Source of the DNA: Dehalococcoidia bacterium
Lineage (GTDB): Bacteria > Chloroflexota > Dehalococcoidia > Bin125
NCBI GenBank assembly: GCA_965232875.1
Contig: OZ247431.1
Span: 1,110,273 to 1,174,272, forward strand
DNA: 64,000 nucleotides
Direction of reading: 5' to 3'
In this document: piece after piece, positions 56,307 through 64,000 of the stretch
How positions within the stretch are numbered: the stretch's first letter is position 1
Layout: every line of letters starts with the position of its first letter
Position numbers and translations under genes: made by a program
The notes under the pieces: model-generated
Told to the model about the DNA's origin: nothing
The model's input: only the letters and a program-made list of their open reading frames with translations
Databases searched by the model: none

Positions 56307-57572
56307 TCATGACAGTTCTCTCTGGGCTATGTCTGTGCGGTAAAACGATTCGTCGAACGTGATGCGTTGGACGTTGTCGTATGCGATTCCGCGTGCTTCC
56401 GTCAGCGTATCGGCGACGGCGGTGACGGCCAGGACACGGCCGCCAGAGGTGACGGTGCGTCCGTCATCGTCGATGGCCGTGCCGGCGTGGAAGACGTCAA
56501 CGGCGGCGTCGACGGCGTCGAGGCCGTGGATCGCCTTCCCGGTGACGTACGGTCCTGGGTAGCCGCCGCTCACGATTGCCACACTGACCGACGCGCGGCC
56601 GCTATGCGAGATGACGTCACGAGGCAGCGATTCGCCTCGTGCCGACGCCGCAAGAACAGGCAACAGATCGCCGTCGAGCAATGGCAGCACCGCCTGGGTC
56701 TCCGGATCGCCGAATCGAGCGTTGAACTCCAGCACATTGAGCGCGCCGTCGTCGACCATCAGGCCGGCGTAGAGCAGCCCTCGGAACTCGCAGCCTTGGG
56801 CGGCCATCTGTTCCGCTACTGGCTGATGGACATCGCCGAACACGCTGTCGGCGTCGCCGACAAATCCGGGTGGAGCGTAGACGCCCATTCCGCCGGTGTT
56901 GGGTCCCAGGTCGTTGTCCATGATCCGCTTGTAGTCGCAGCTCAGCGGGAGCGGCAGTATGTCGGTCCCGGAGACGATGGCCATTGCGGATGCTTCCATC
57001 CCCGACAATCGATCTTCGATTACGACCCGTTCGCCGGCAGAGCCGAACGCTCCCGCGAACATCTCATCGATGGCGGCGTGCGCGTCGTCGATGTGGTCGG
57101 GGACGATCACACCTTTGCCAGCGGCGAGACCGTCGGCTTTGAGGACGGGCAAATCGTCGGGTCCGAGGATTTCCAGCCATTTGTGCGCTGCCTGCGCTGT
57201 CTCGAACAACTCTCCGCCCGCGTGAGGCACGCCGGCCGACTGCATCACCGACTTGGCGAACCATTTCGACGACTCAATCTGTGCGGCTGCCTTCGATGGT
57301 CCGAATGCGAGGATGCCTCGCTCGGTCAGCGCGTCTACCAGACCGGCGGCGAGCGGGGCTTCCGGTCCGACGACGACGAGATCAATGCGGCGTTCTGCGG
57401 CTGCCGTGCAGATGGCGTCGGTGTCGGAATCATGGACGGCGAGATTCTCGCCCAACTCCGCAGTGCCGGCGTTTCCCGGTGCCGCGAACAGTGCCTCGCA
57501 GATGGGCGACTGCGCCAGCTTCCAGGCCAGCGCGTGTTCGCGTCCTCCACCGCCAACGATCAGGACTCGCAT
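56307..57572 (-). CDS. purD: Phosphoribosylamine--glycine ligase
   Basis: MRVLIVGGGGREHALAWKL N-terminus; ATP-grasp. Confidence 0.9.
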   Translation of the reverse strand: MRVLIVGGGGREHALAWKLAQSPICEALFAAPGNAGTAELGENLAVHDSDTDAICTAAAERRIDLVVVGPEAPLAAGLVDALTERGILAFGPSKAAAQIESSKWFAKSVMQSAGVPHAGGELFETAQAAHKWLEILGPDDLPVLKADGLAAGKGVIVPDHIDDAHAAIDEMFAGAFGSAGERVVIEDRLSGMEASAMAIVSGTDILPLPLSCDYKRIMDNDLGPNTGGMGVYAPPGFVGDADSVFGDVHQPVAEQMAAQGCEFRGLLYAGLMVDDGALNVLEFNARFGDPETQAVLPLLDGDLLPVLAASARGESLPRDVISHSGRASVSVAIVSGGYPGPYVTGKAIHGLDAVDAAVDVFHAGTAIDDDGRTVTSGGRVLAVTAVADTLTEARGIAYDNVQRITFDESFYRTDIAQRELS

Positions 57573-57581
57573 GACTTGAGG

Positions 57582-58043
57582 CTATCCGACGGCCGCGGGA
57601 TGTTCAGTTGACAAGTCCGCCGGAATACGGCGCAGATCGCCGTCGATCACAATCGGGTCCATGGCCAGCATTTCGGAGCGATAGTTGGAGTCGGGCACGT
57701 CCTGCATCAGGTAGATGGGGATGCGAAGGACGTGAGCGAAGCCCATCTCCAGGAAGCTGTTGCCGCCGATGTAGTTCGGCCGATCGGGCAGGTCCTCGTT
57801 GAGGACGAGAATGGCGTCGGAAATCTTGATCTTCTCGTAGTGCGTGCGGATCAGGTCCTTGTCCCGCTTGAGTTCGGCGCGCTCATGGTCGTTGGCGCTC
57901 TCATAGTTGAACTCACGGGTGTCAACCGGAGTCAGAACCTCGTGGCCAGCGCCTTCAAGCATCCGGCAAATCTCCGGCAACCGATGCCGCAGCGACATGC
58001 TCATACATACGGTGATCAGCACGGGACCGTTACTCCCATTCAA
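57582..58043 (-). CDS. Nucleoside 2-deoxyribosyltransferase-like (YtoQ-type) protein
   Basis: ILVLNEDLPDRPNYIGGNSFLEMGFAHVLRIPIYLM resembles the Nuc_deoxyrib_tr family core. Tentative. Confidence 0.45.
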   Translation of the reverse strand: MNGSNGPVLITVCMSMSLRHRLPEICRMLEGAGHEVLTPVDTREFNYESANDHERAELKRDKDLIRTHYEKIKISDAILVLNEDLPDRPNYIGGNSFLEMGFAHVLRIPIYLMQDVPDSNYRSEMLAMDPIVIDGDLRRIPADLSTEHPAAVG

Positions 58044-59631
58044 TCGTGCCCGGCGGCTTTGATGTGATGTCGTAGACCACTCGGTTGATCTCCGGAATCT
58101 CGTTGACGATCCGGTTGGCGATGGTTCCCAGAACGTCGTAGGGAATCCGCGCCCAGTCGGCGGTCATCGCGTCGTCGGCGGTGACGGCGCGGAGGGCGCA
58201 GACCCAACCGTAGGTTCGGGCGTCTCCCTGGACTCCGACCGTTCTGGTGTCGGTCAGGATGGCGAACGATTGCCAGAGGTCGTCGTACAGGTCGGCGTTA
58301 CGGATTTCTTCCATCACGACAGCGTCGGCAAGTTGCAGGACTCGGACTTTCTCATGCGTGACCGGACCGATGATGCGGATCGCCAGACCGGGACCGGGAT
58401 ACGGTTGCCTGCCGACAATCTCTTCGGGTAGGCCGAGTTCTCGGCCGACCTCGCGGACTTCATCCTTGAACAGGTGACGCAGTGGCTCGATCAGCTTGAA
58501 GCGCAGATCATCCGGCAATCCGCCGACGTTGTGGTGCGACTTGATCATCGCCGTCGCCGACCCGTGACCCGAACCGGCGCTCTCGACGACATCGGGGTAT
58601 GTGGTGCCCTGCACGAGATAATCGACGCCGTGGTCGTCCTTCGCGATCTCGATGGCTGTTTCTTCAAAGACGGCGATGAAGGTCTCGCCGATCCGCTTGC
58701 GCTTTGTCTCCGGATCGTCGACGCCGGCCAATTCTTCCAGGAACTGGTTGCCAGCGTCGACCGCGCGCAGATTCATGTGCATGTTGCGATCGAACGTGTC
58801 GACGACCTGTTCGGTCTCGCCCAGACGCATCAGTCCGTTGTCGACGTAGATGCAGGTCAACTGGTCGCCGACGGCTCGATGCACCAGCGCAGCAGCGACC
58901 GAGGAATCCACGCCGCCGGACAGGCCGCAGATCACATGGTCGTCGCCGACCTGTTCGCGAATCTCTGCAACGGTCTCGGTGACGAAGTGTGCGGCGTCCC
59001 AATCGCCCGAGCAATCGCAAATGTCAAAGACGAAGTTGCTGAGCAGATGCAGTCCGTGCGGAGTGTGCACGACCTCAGGATGGAACTGGATGCCGAAGCG
59101 ACGCACGTCGTCGCCCATCGCCGCGATCGGGATGCTGTCGGTCCCGGCCAGCGCGTGGAACCCGTCAGGCATGTCGTCGACGCGGTCGCCGTGCGACATC
59201 CAGACAGGCATGGGCCGAGGCAGGTTGTCGAGCAGCGCCGAGTCGCCGCGCGGATAGATGTGCGCCGCGCCGAATTCTCGCTCACGCCCTGCTTCGACGC
59301 GTCCGCCAAGCTGGTTCGCCATCGTCTGCATGCCATAACAGATGCCCAGGACCGGCAAGCGACCATCAAGCGACCAGTCGGGCGCGAGCGGCGCGCCGTC
59401 GTCGTGGACGCTCGCGGGGCCACCGCTGAGAATGACGCCGCGAGGATTGAGCTGGCGCACTCGCTCCCAGTCAGCCGTCGGAGGCACGAGTTCGCAATAC
59501 ACGTTGAGTTCGCGGACGCGCCGGGCGATCAGCATCGCCGTCTGCGATCCGAGGTCGACAATGACGATCGATTCGTGCGAAGAAGCGCCCTGTGATGCGT
59601 GGTTGTTCACGTCATAATGATACGGGCGCAC
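58030..59631 (-). CDS. guaA: GMP synthase (glutamine-hydrolysing)
   Basis: GATase I plus ATP-PPase (SGGVDSSV). C-terminal PPGTIEWE. Confidence 0.9.
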   Translation of the reverse strand: MRPYHYDVNNHASQGASSHESIVIVDLGSQTAMLIARRVRELNVYCELVPPTADWERVRQLNPRGVILSGGPASVHDDGAPLAPDWSLDGRLPVLGICYGMQTMANQLGGRVEAGREREFGAAHIYPRGDSALLDNLPRPMPVWMSHGDRVDDMPDGFHALAGTDSIPIAAMGDDVRRFGIQFHPEVVHTPHGLHLLSNFVFDICDCSGDWDAAHFVTETVAEIREQVGDDHVICGLSGGVDSSVAAALVHRAVGDQLTCIYVDNGLMRLGETEQVVDTFDRNMHMNLRAVDAGNQFLEELAGVDDPETKRKRIGETFIAVFEETAIEIAKDDHGVDYLVQGTTYPDVVESAGSGHGSATAMIKSHHNVGGLPDDLRFKLIEPLRHLFKDEVREVGRELGLPEEIVGRQPYPGPGLAIRIIGPVTHEKVRVLQLADAVVMEEIRNADLYDDLWQSFAILTDTRTVGVQGDARTYGWVCALRAVTADDAMTADWARIPYDVLGTIANRIVNEIPEINRVVYDITSKPPGTIEWE

Positions 59632-59643
59632 TAGAATAGGTCT

Positions 59644-60312
59644 GTGTCATTCGATGAACTTGCTCAGGCAGTTGATCATTTGCGAAACAGCGGTGCGGTC
59701 GCCATGCCGACCGACACCCAGTACGCGCTGAGCGCCGTTGCCAACGACGACCAGGCAGTGGCAGCCGTGTTCCGGCTCAAACAACGACCCGGCGGAGAGA
59801 ACCTGCCGGTCTTCCTGCCACCGGCGCGCTGGCGCGAGCATATGGAGCAGATCGCGGAACCACTCGACTCGCGCATCCAGTCGTTGGCCGAGTCGGCCTG
59901 GCCGGGCGCATTGACGCTGATCGTGAACAAACGCGACGACTGGCCGACCAGAGCCGTTGACGGCTCAACCATCGCGCTACGTATCCCCGATCATCCCGTC
60001 GCCACCTCCGTGCTCGACCTGCTGGATGAGCCGCTCACTGGCACGTCGGCCAATATCCACGGCATGGAGGCCGCGTTGACGGCCGAGGATGTGCGGCAAC
60101 AGTTCGGGTCCAATGTGCCTTCAACGGGGCATAGTGATTCACTTCACATACTTGGTGAAGAAGAGGTGATGCCAGCGGGCACTGCCTCTACTATCTTGGA
60201 TTGCACGGGTCGGGTGCCGCGCGTCTTGCGTCGTGGCCCAATGCTCAGTGCGAAAGTCGGAGAGCTGCTCATGCAGCACTGGGGACTCTCCGATTTAGAC
60301 TCGGTCTCCTAA
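59644..60312 (+). CDS. tsaC: L-threonylcarbamoyladenylate synthase (YrdC/Sua5 family)
   Basis: YrdC-like domain; 222 aa. Confidence 0.8.
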   Translation: MSFDELAQAVDHLRNSGAVAMPTDTQYALSAVANDDQAVAAVFRLKQRPGGENLPVFLPPARWREHMEQIAEPLDSRIQSLAESAWPGALTLIVNKRDDWPTRAVDGSTIALRIPDHPVATSVLDLLDEPLTGTSANIHGMEAALTAEDVRQQFGSNVPSTGHSDSLHILGEEEVMPAGTASTILDCTGRVPRVLRRGPMLSAKVGELLMQHWGLSDLDSVS

Positions 60313-60321
60313 GTCCAAGGA

Positions 60322-60852
60322 ATGGGGCAACAACACGTGCGTATCGCGATTGGCAGCGACCATGCCGGGTTCGAGCTGAAAGAGCGTCTTCGAAATCGTC
60401 TGATAGACCAGGGTCATAGCGTCCGAGATTTCGGACCAACAGCCCCCGATCCGACTGACTATGCCGACATCGCTGCTCCTCTGGCCGAAGCCGTCGTTGA
60501 CGGACAACATCAGCTCGGCATCGTGGTCTGTTCCAACGGCGTCGGCGTGAGCATTGCCGCCAACAAAGTTCGCGGGGCCCGAGCCGCACTCTGCACTGAC
60601 ACCTGGTCGGCGCGACGCTCCCGCGAACACACCGACTGCAACATCCTCGCGCTCGGTTCCTACGTGACCGGCCATGCGCTGGCCGGCGAGGTCGTGGACG
60701 CCTTCATCGAGGCGGAGTTCGAAGGCGGACGCCACGTACGACGCCTGGCCAAGTTGGCGGCCGTCGAAGCCAAGCACAGCGACATTGCCGAGCCCCCCGC
60801 CGAGAGCGTCATCGAATACCGCGGCGCGCCCGAACTCTCGCCGATGGCCTGA
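60322..60852 (+). CDS. rpiB: Ribose-5-phosphate isomerase B
   Basis: RIAIGSDHAGFELKE...GIVVCSNGVGVSIAANK. Start may be the GTG at 60337. Confidence 0.9.
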   Translation: MGQQHVRIAIGSDHAGFELKERLRNRLIDQGHSVRDFGPTAPDPTDYADIAAPLAEAVVDGQHQLGIVVCSNGVGVSIAANKVRGARAALCTDTWSARRSREHTDCNILALGSYVTGHALAGEVVDAFIEAEFEGGRHVRRLAKLAAVEAKHSDIAEPPAESVIEYRGAPELSPMA

Positions 60853-60907
60853 TCGGACACATTCGACCCGACTGACGAGGCTCGCGCCGACTCTGGATTG
60901 AATCAAG

Positions 60908-62137
60908 ATGAGCAAAGTTTCGATTCGCGACCTCGACCTGGCCGGGAAGCGGGTGCTATTGCGGTTGGACCTTAACGTCCCGATGGATGGCGCAACGGTC
61001 GTGGACGACACCCGCATCCGCGCCGCTGCGCCGACCGTCAAGTACGCGCTCGAACAGGGCGCGTCGGTTGTCATCGGCTCGCACCTGGGACGTCCTGGGG
61101 GCGAGCGCAATCCACAATTCGACCTCACACCTGTCGCAGTCAGACTGGCCCGATCACTACGCATGAACGTGCGCATGGCCCCCGACTGCATTGGCGATGT
61201 CGCCACGCAGATGTCGAGCGAACTCAAGCCGGGCGAAGTGCTGGTCCTGCAAAATCTGCGCTTCCATGAAGAAGAAGAAGAGAACGACGAAGTCTTCGCT
61301 TCGCAGCTCGCTGATCTGGCCGATGTCTACGTCAACGACGCGTTCGGTGCTGCCCATCGGGCGCACGCATCTACGCAGTCCGTGGCGACGATGATGCCGT
61401 CCGCCGGTGGTTTGTTGCTGGACCGCGAGATCGCAGCGCTCGACCCGATCCGCAACGGCGAGGCGGGCAAACTGGGATTCATTAGCGGCGGCGCCAAAGT
61501 CTCAGACAAGCTGGGACTGCTGGAGCGGCTCGCAGCGATCTCGGAGGTCATCGCGATCGGCGGTGCGATGGCGAACACCTTCCTGCTCGCACGCGGCCTG
61601 CCGACCGGCGCATCGTTGCTCGAACAAAACATGGTCGAAGCCGCTAACGAAATCACGGCAATCGCGGCCGAAGAGCACTGCAATCTGTTGATCCCGACCG
61701 ACTGCGTCATCGCGCATGGCGCAGACGAGCCTCCGCGTGCCAAGCCGCTGGTCTTTGGCGAAGAGGACTTGCCCGAGGACTGGCAGATTCTCGATGTCGG
61801 ACCGGCAACCGTTGAGGCCTTCTCCGAGTCGATCAAGGACTGCGACACAGTCGTCTGGAACGGTCCGCTGGGACTGTTCGAGCGCGAAGCATTCTCGGGT
61901 GGAACCCGCGCGATGGCCGAGGCGTTATCCAAGTTGGAAGACACGACCACCGTCATTTGCGGCGGTGAGACCGCGGCGGCGGTCGCTCGATTCCGTCTGA
62001 CGCCGAAGATGTCCCACGTTTCCACCGGCGGCGGCGCGGCGCTCGAATACCTGCAGGGACTCGATCTTCCGGGCATTGCCGTGCTGCCCGATGCCGAGCC
62101 CGATGACCGTGAAGAGAGCGAAGAGGACGACGCATGA
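60908..62137 (+). CDS. pgk: Phosphoglycerate kinase
   Basis: Family-wide similarity; 409 aa. Confidence 0.95.
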   Translation: MSKVSIRDLDLAGKRVLLRLDLNVPMDGATVVDDTRIRAAAPTVKYALEQGASVVIGSHLGRPGGERNPQFDLTPVAVRLARSLRMNVRMAPDCIGDVATQMSSELKPGEVLVLQNLRFHEEEEENDEVFASQLADLADVYVNDAFGAAHRAHASTQSVATMMPSAGGLLLDREIAALDPIRNGEAGKLGFISGGAKVSDKLGLLERLAAISEVIAIGGAMANTFLLARGLPTGASLLEQNMVEAANEITAIAAEEHCNLLIPTDCVIAHGADEPPRAKPLVFGEEDLPEDWQILDVGPATVEAFSESIKDCDTVVWNGPLGLFEREAFSGGTRAMAEALSKLEDTTTVICGGETAAAVARFRLTPKMSHVSTGGGAALEYLQGLDLPGIAVLPDAEPDDREESEEDDA

Positions 62138-62886
62138 GCCGAACTCCAATTGCGGCCGGCAACTGGAAGATGAACGGTACTAACGCCGAAGCGCGCGCGT
62201 TGTGTCGCGGTCTGGCCGGAATCGACGCGATTGCGGGTGTCGATGTCGTCCTCTCGCCCTCGTTCACGCAACTCGGTCTGGTCTGGGACTTCTGGTGCGG
62301 CACCGATGTCCATATCGCCGGACAGAACATGCACACCCAGCCCTCAGGCGCGTACACGGGCGAAGTCTCGCCGGTGCAGCTCGCGGAGGTCTCCGATTGG
62401 GTCATACTGGGACACTCCGAGCGCCGTCAGTTCTTCTGCGAGGACGACCAGGCGCTGGCGCTCAAGCTGCGAACCGCTGAAACGTACGGTTTGACGCCGA
62501 TCCTCTGCGTCGGCGAATCGGACGCAGAACGCGAGAACAAGCGAACCGCCAACGTGCTGACACGACAGGTCAGTATCGCCCTCGGCGACGATCCAGCGCC
62601 CAACGGCCTGGTGGTTGCCTACGAACCGGTCTGGGCGATTGGTACGGGCAAGGCCGCAACGCCCGACGAAGCACAGTCCGCCTGCGCCCACATTCGGTCA
62701 GTGCTGTCGGACAAGCTCGGAGCAGAAGCAGCCGACGGGGTGCGCATACTCTACGGCGGCTCGGTCAAGCCCGACAACATCGCCGACTTCATGGCTCAAC
62801 CCGATGTCGACGGCGCACTCGTCGGCGGAGCCGCCCTGGACGCCGATGCCTTCCTCGCCATCACCCGTGCCATCGCCGCCAGCTAA
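62134..62886 (+). CDS. tpiA: Triosephosphate isomerase
   Basis: IAAGNWKMNGT, AYEPVWAIGTGK signatures. Confidence 0.95.
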   Translation: MSRTPIAAGNWKMNGTNAEARALCRGLAGIDAIAGVDVVLSPSFTQLGLVWDFWCGTDVHIAGQNMHTQPSGAYTGEVSPVQLAEVSDWVILGHSERRQFFCEDDQALALKLRTAETYGLTPILCVGESDAERENKRTANVLTRQVSIALGDDPAPNGLVVAYEPVWAIGTGKAATPDEAQSACAHIRSVLSDKLGAEAADGVRILYGGSVKPDNIADFMAQPDVDGALVGGAALDADAFLAITRAIAAS

Positions 62887-62892
62887 CGAGCC

Positions 62893-63075
62893 ACTCCTCA
62901 TCCCGAGTCCCCTCTCCCCCCTAACGGGGGGAGATGTCACGGAGTGACAGAGGGGGGGTCGGCTGATGATGACCAGATCGGGCTCCCGAACAGCGGACCC
63001 CCCCTCTGCCTTCGGCATCTCCCCCGCAAGGGGGGAGAAGGAGAGTTCTTCAAGGGTCTCCGCTGAGCGGGGACT
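62893..63075. repeat. Copy C of the ~200-bp palindromic repeat element, immediately 3' of tpiA
   Basis: CTCTCCCCCCTAACGGGGGGAGATGTCACGGAGTGACAGAGGGGGGGTCGGCTGATGATGACCAG...GGCATCTCCCCCGCAAGGGGGGAGAAGG...GGGTCTCCGCTGAGCGGGGACTGG. Confidence 0.75.
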
Positions 63076-63102
63076 GGGAGATTCGATTCTTGGGAAACCA
63101 TC

Positions 63103-63993
63103 ATGAGCGTGGGTACTCACGAGAAGGCGCCGCTGATCGCAGTTGTCGGACTCACAGCCTCAGGCAAATCCCAGTGGGCCATGGAGATCGCTCGCCATCT
63201 CGACGGCGAGATCGTCTCGCTCGATTCCCGACAAATCTACCGACGCCTCGACATCGGCACGGCCAAGCCCACCCTAGCAATGCAAGCGGAAATCCCGCAC
63301 TGGTGCATCGATATCGCCGATCCGACCGATAGATACTCGCTTGGCGAGTATCTCAAGACGGCGAGATCGGCAATTGACGACATCCGATCACAAGGCAAGC
63401 GCGTCATCGCTGTCGGCGGCAGCGGACAGCACATGAGAGCCTTGCTCGAAGGTTGGGTGATTCCTCCAGTTTCGGAAGATGCTGAACTGCGGCGCAGGCT
63501 CGAGTCGCAGTCCACACCGTTCCTGCACGAGCAGTTGCAAGCGGTCGATCCCCTGGCAGCCGAACGGATCGGTCCGACCAATGCCCGACGAATCATACGC
63601 GCATTGGAAGTCCAACAACTCACCGGCAGACCGATTTCTGAGTGGCAGGCGCAGCGAGTACCCGTCTCATATCAGGCCTGTGCGCCCGACATCGACCTGA
63701 ACAACCTTGACGAGCGCATTACGGAACGCACGGCGACGATGTTCGCCGACGGCTTCGTCGATGAGGTGCGTACGCTGCTGCAGGACGGCATGTCCGAGGA
63801 CGCGCCCGGCTTTGACTCCATCGGCTACCGCGAAGTGCTCGCCCATGTGCGCGGCGAAACGACGCTAGAGGAAGCGCAATCGGGAGTTGCACAGGCCACG
63901 CGACGCCTGGCGCGTCGACAGCAAACATGGTTTCGGCGCGATGATCCGGCGATTTGTTGGGCGGCTGATGTTCCGCTAGAAATGCTTGAGTAA
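63103..63993 (+). CDS. miaA: tRNA dimethylallyltransferase
   Basis: P-loop GLTASGKS plus DSRQIYRRLDIGTAKP. Confidence 0.9.
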   Translation: MSVGTHEKAPLIAVVGLTASGKSQWAMEIARHLDGEIVSLDSRQIYRRLDIGTAKPTLAMQAEIPHWCIDIADPTDRYSLGEYLKTARSAIDDIRSQGKRVIAVGGSGQHMRALLEGWVIPPVSEDAELRRRLESQSTPFLHEQLQAVDPLAAERIGPTNARRIIRALEVQQLTGRPISEWQAQRVPVSYQACAPDIDLNNLDERITERTATMFADGFVDEVRTLLQDGMSEDAPGFDSIGYREVLAHVRGETTLEEAQSGVAQATRRLARRQQTWFRRDDPAICWAADVPLEMLE

Positions 63994-64000
63994 GATGCAA

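Overview
This is a gene-dense, high-GC bacterial chromosomal window, essentially all core housekeeping. The gene content is Chloroflexota/Thermomicrobia-like (RNase Y present; dcw order ftsI-murF-mraY-murD-ftsW-murG-murC-murB-ddl-ftsQ-ftsA-ftsZ); this placement is an inference. Left to right it contains: a GMC oxidoreductase; an 815-aa tandem family-III CoA-transferase; and an 1140-aa single-chain biotin carboxylase-BCCP-carboxyltransferase acyl-CoA carboxylase. Next is a small accessory segment (lipoproteins plus a secreted metzincin protease) ending at tRNA-Asp. Then come fabZ, a PHP phosphoesterase, rny-recX-recA, yggT-proC-yggS, a B12/radical-SAM gene and moaB. A complete dcw cell-wall/division cluster mraZ..ftsZ follows (murE absent), then trmD-rplS, a DUF1801 gene and nfeD. 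hisD-hisC and hisB are split by a ~3.8-kb five-gene insert: a CMD-family gene, a CaiB CoA-transferase, a 66-aa double-glycine-leader peptide, an ICL/PEPM-family enzyme and a ferritin-like gene. The purine block reads purS-purC-[lone phage terminase large subunit]-purB-cupin-purD-guaA, followed by tsaC, rpiB, pgk-tpiA and miaA. The non-coding DNA is dominated by several related families of palindromic repeats (a ~200-bp long hairpin in three copies; ~30-bp CCGTCAT-hairpin-ATCTCG/ATCACG units, some paired into MITE-like composites), and one copy lies in-frame inside the terminase gene. The most unusual signals are the orphan GG-leader peptide inside the his operon, the ~50-bp imperfect direct repeats of gene 3' ends flanking inserted lipoprotein genes (seen twice), and the lone repeat-invaded terminase in the pur cluster. 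Many overlapping antisense ORFs in the track are high-GC artefacts and were not called.
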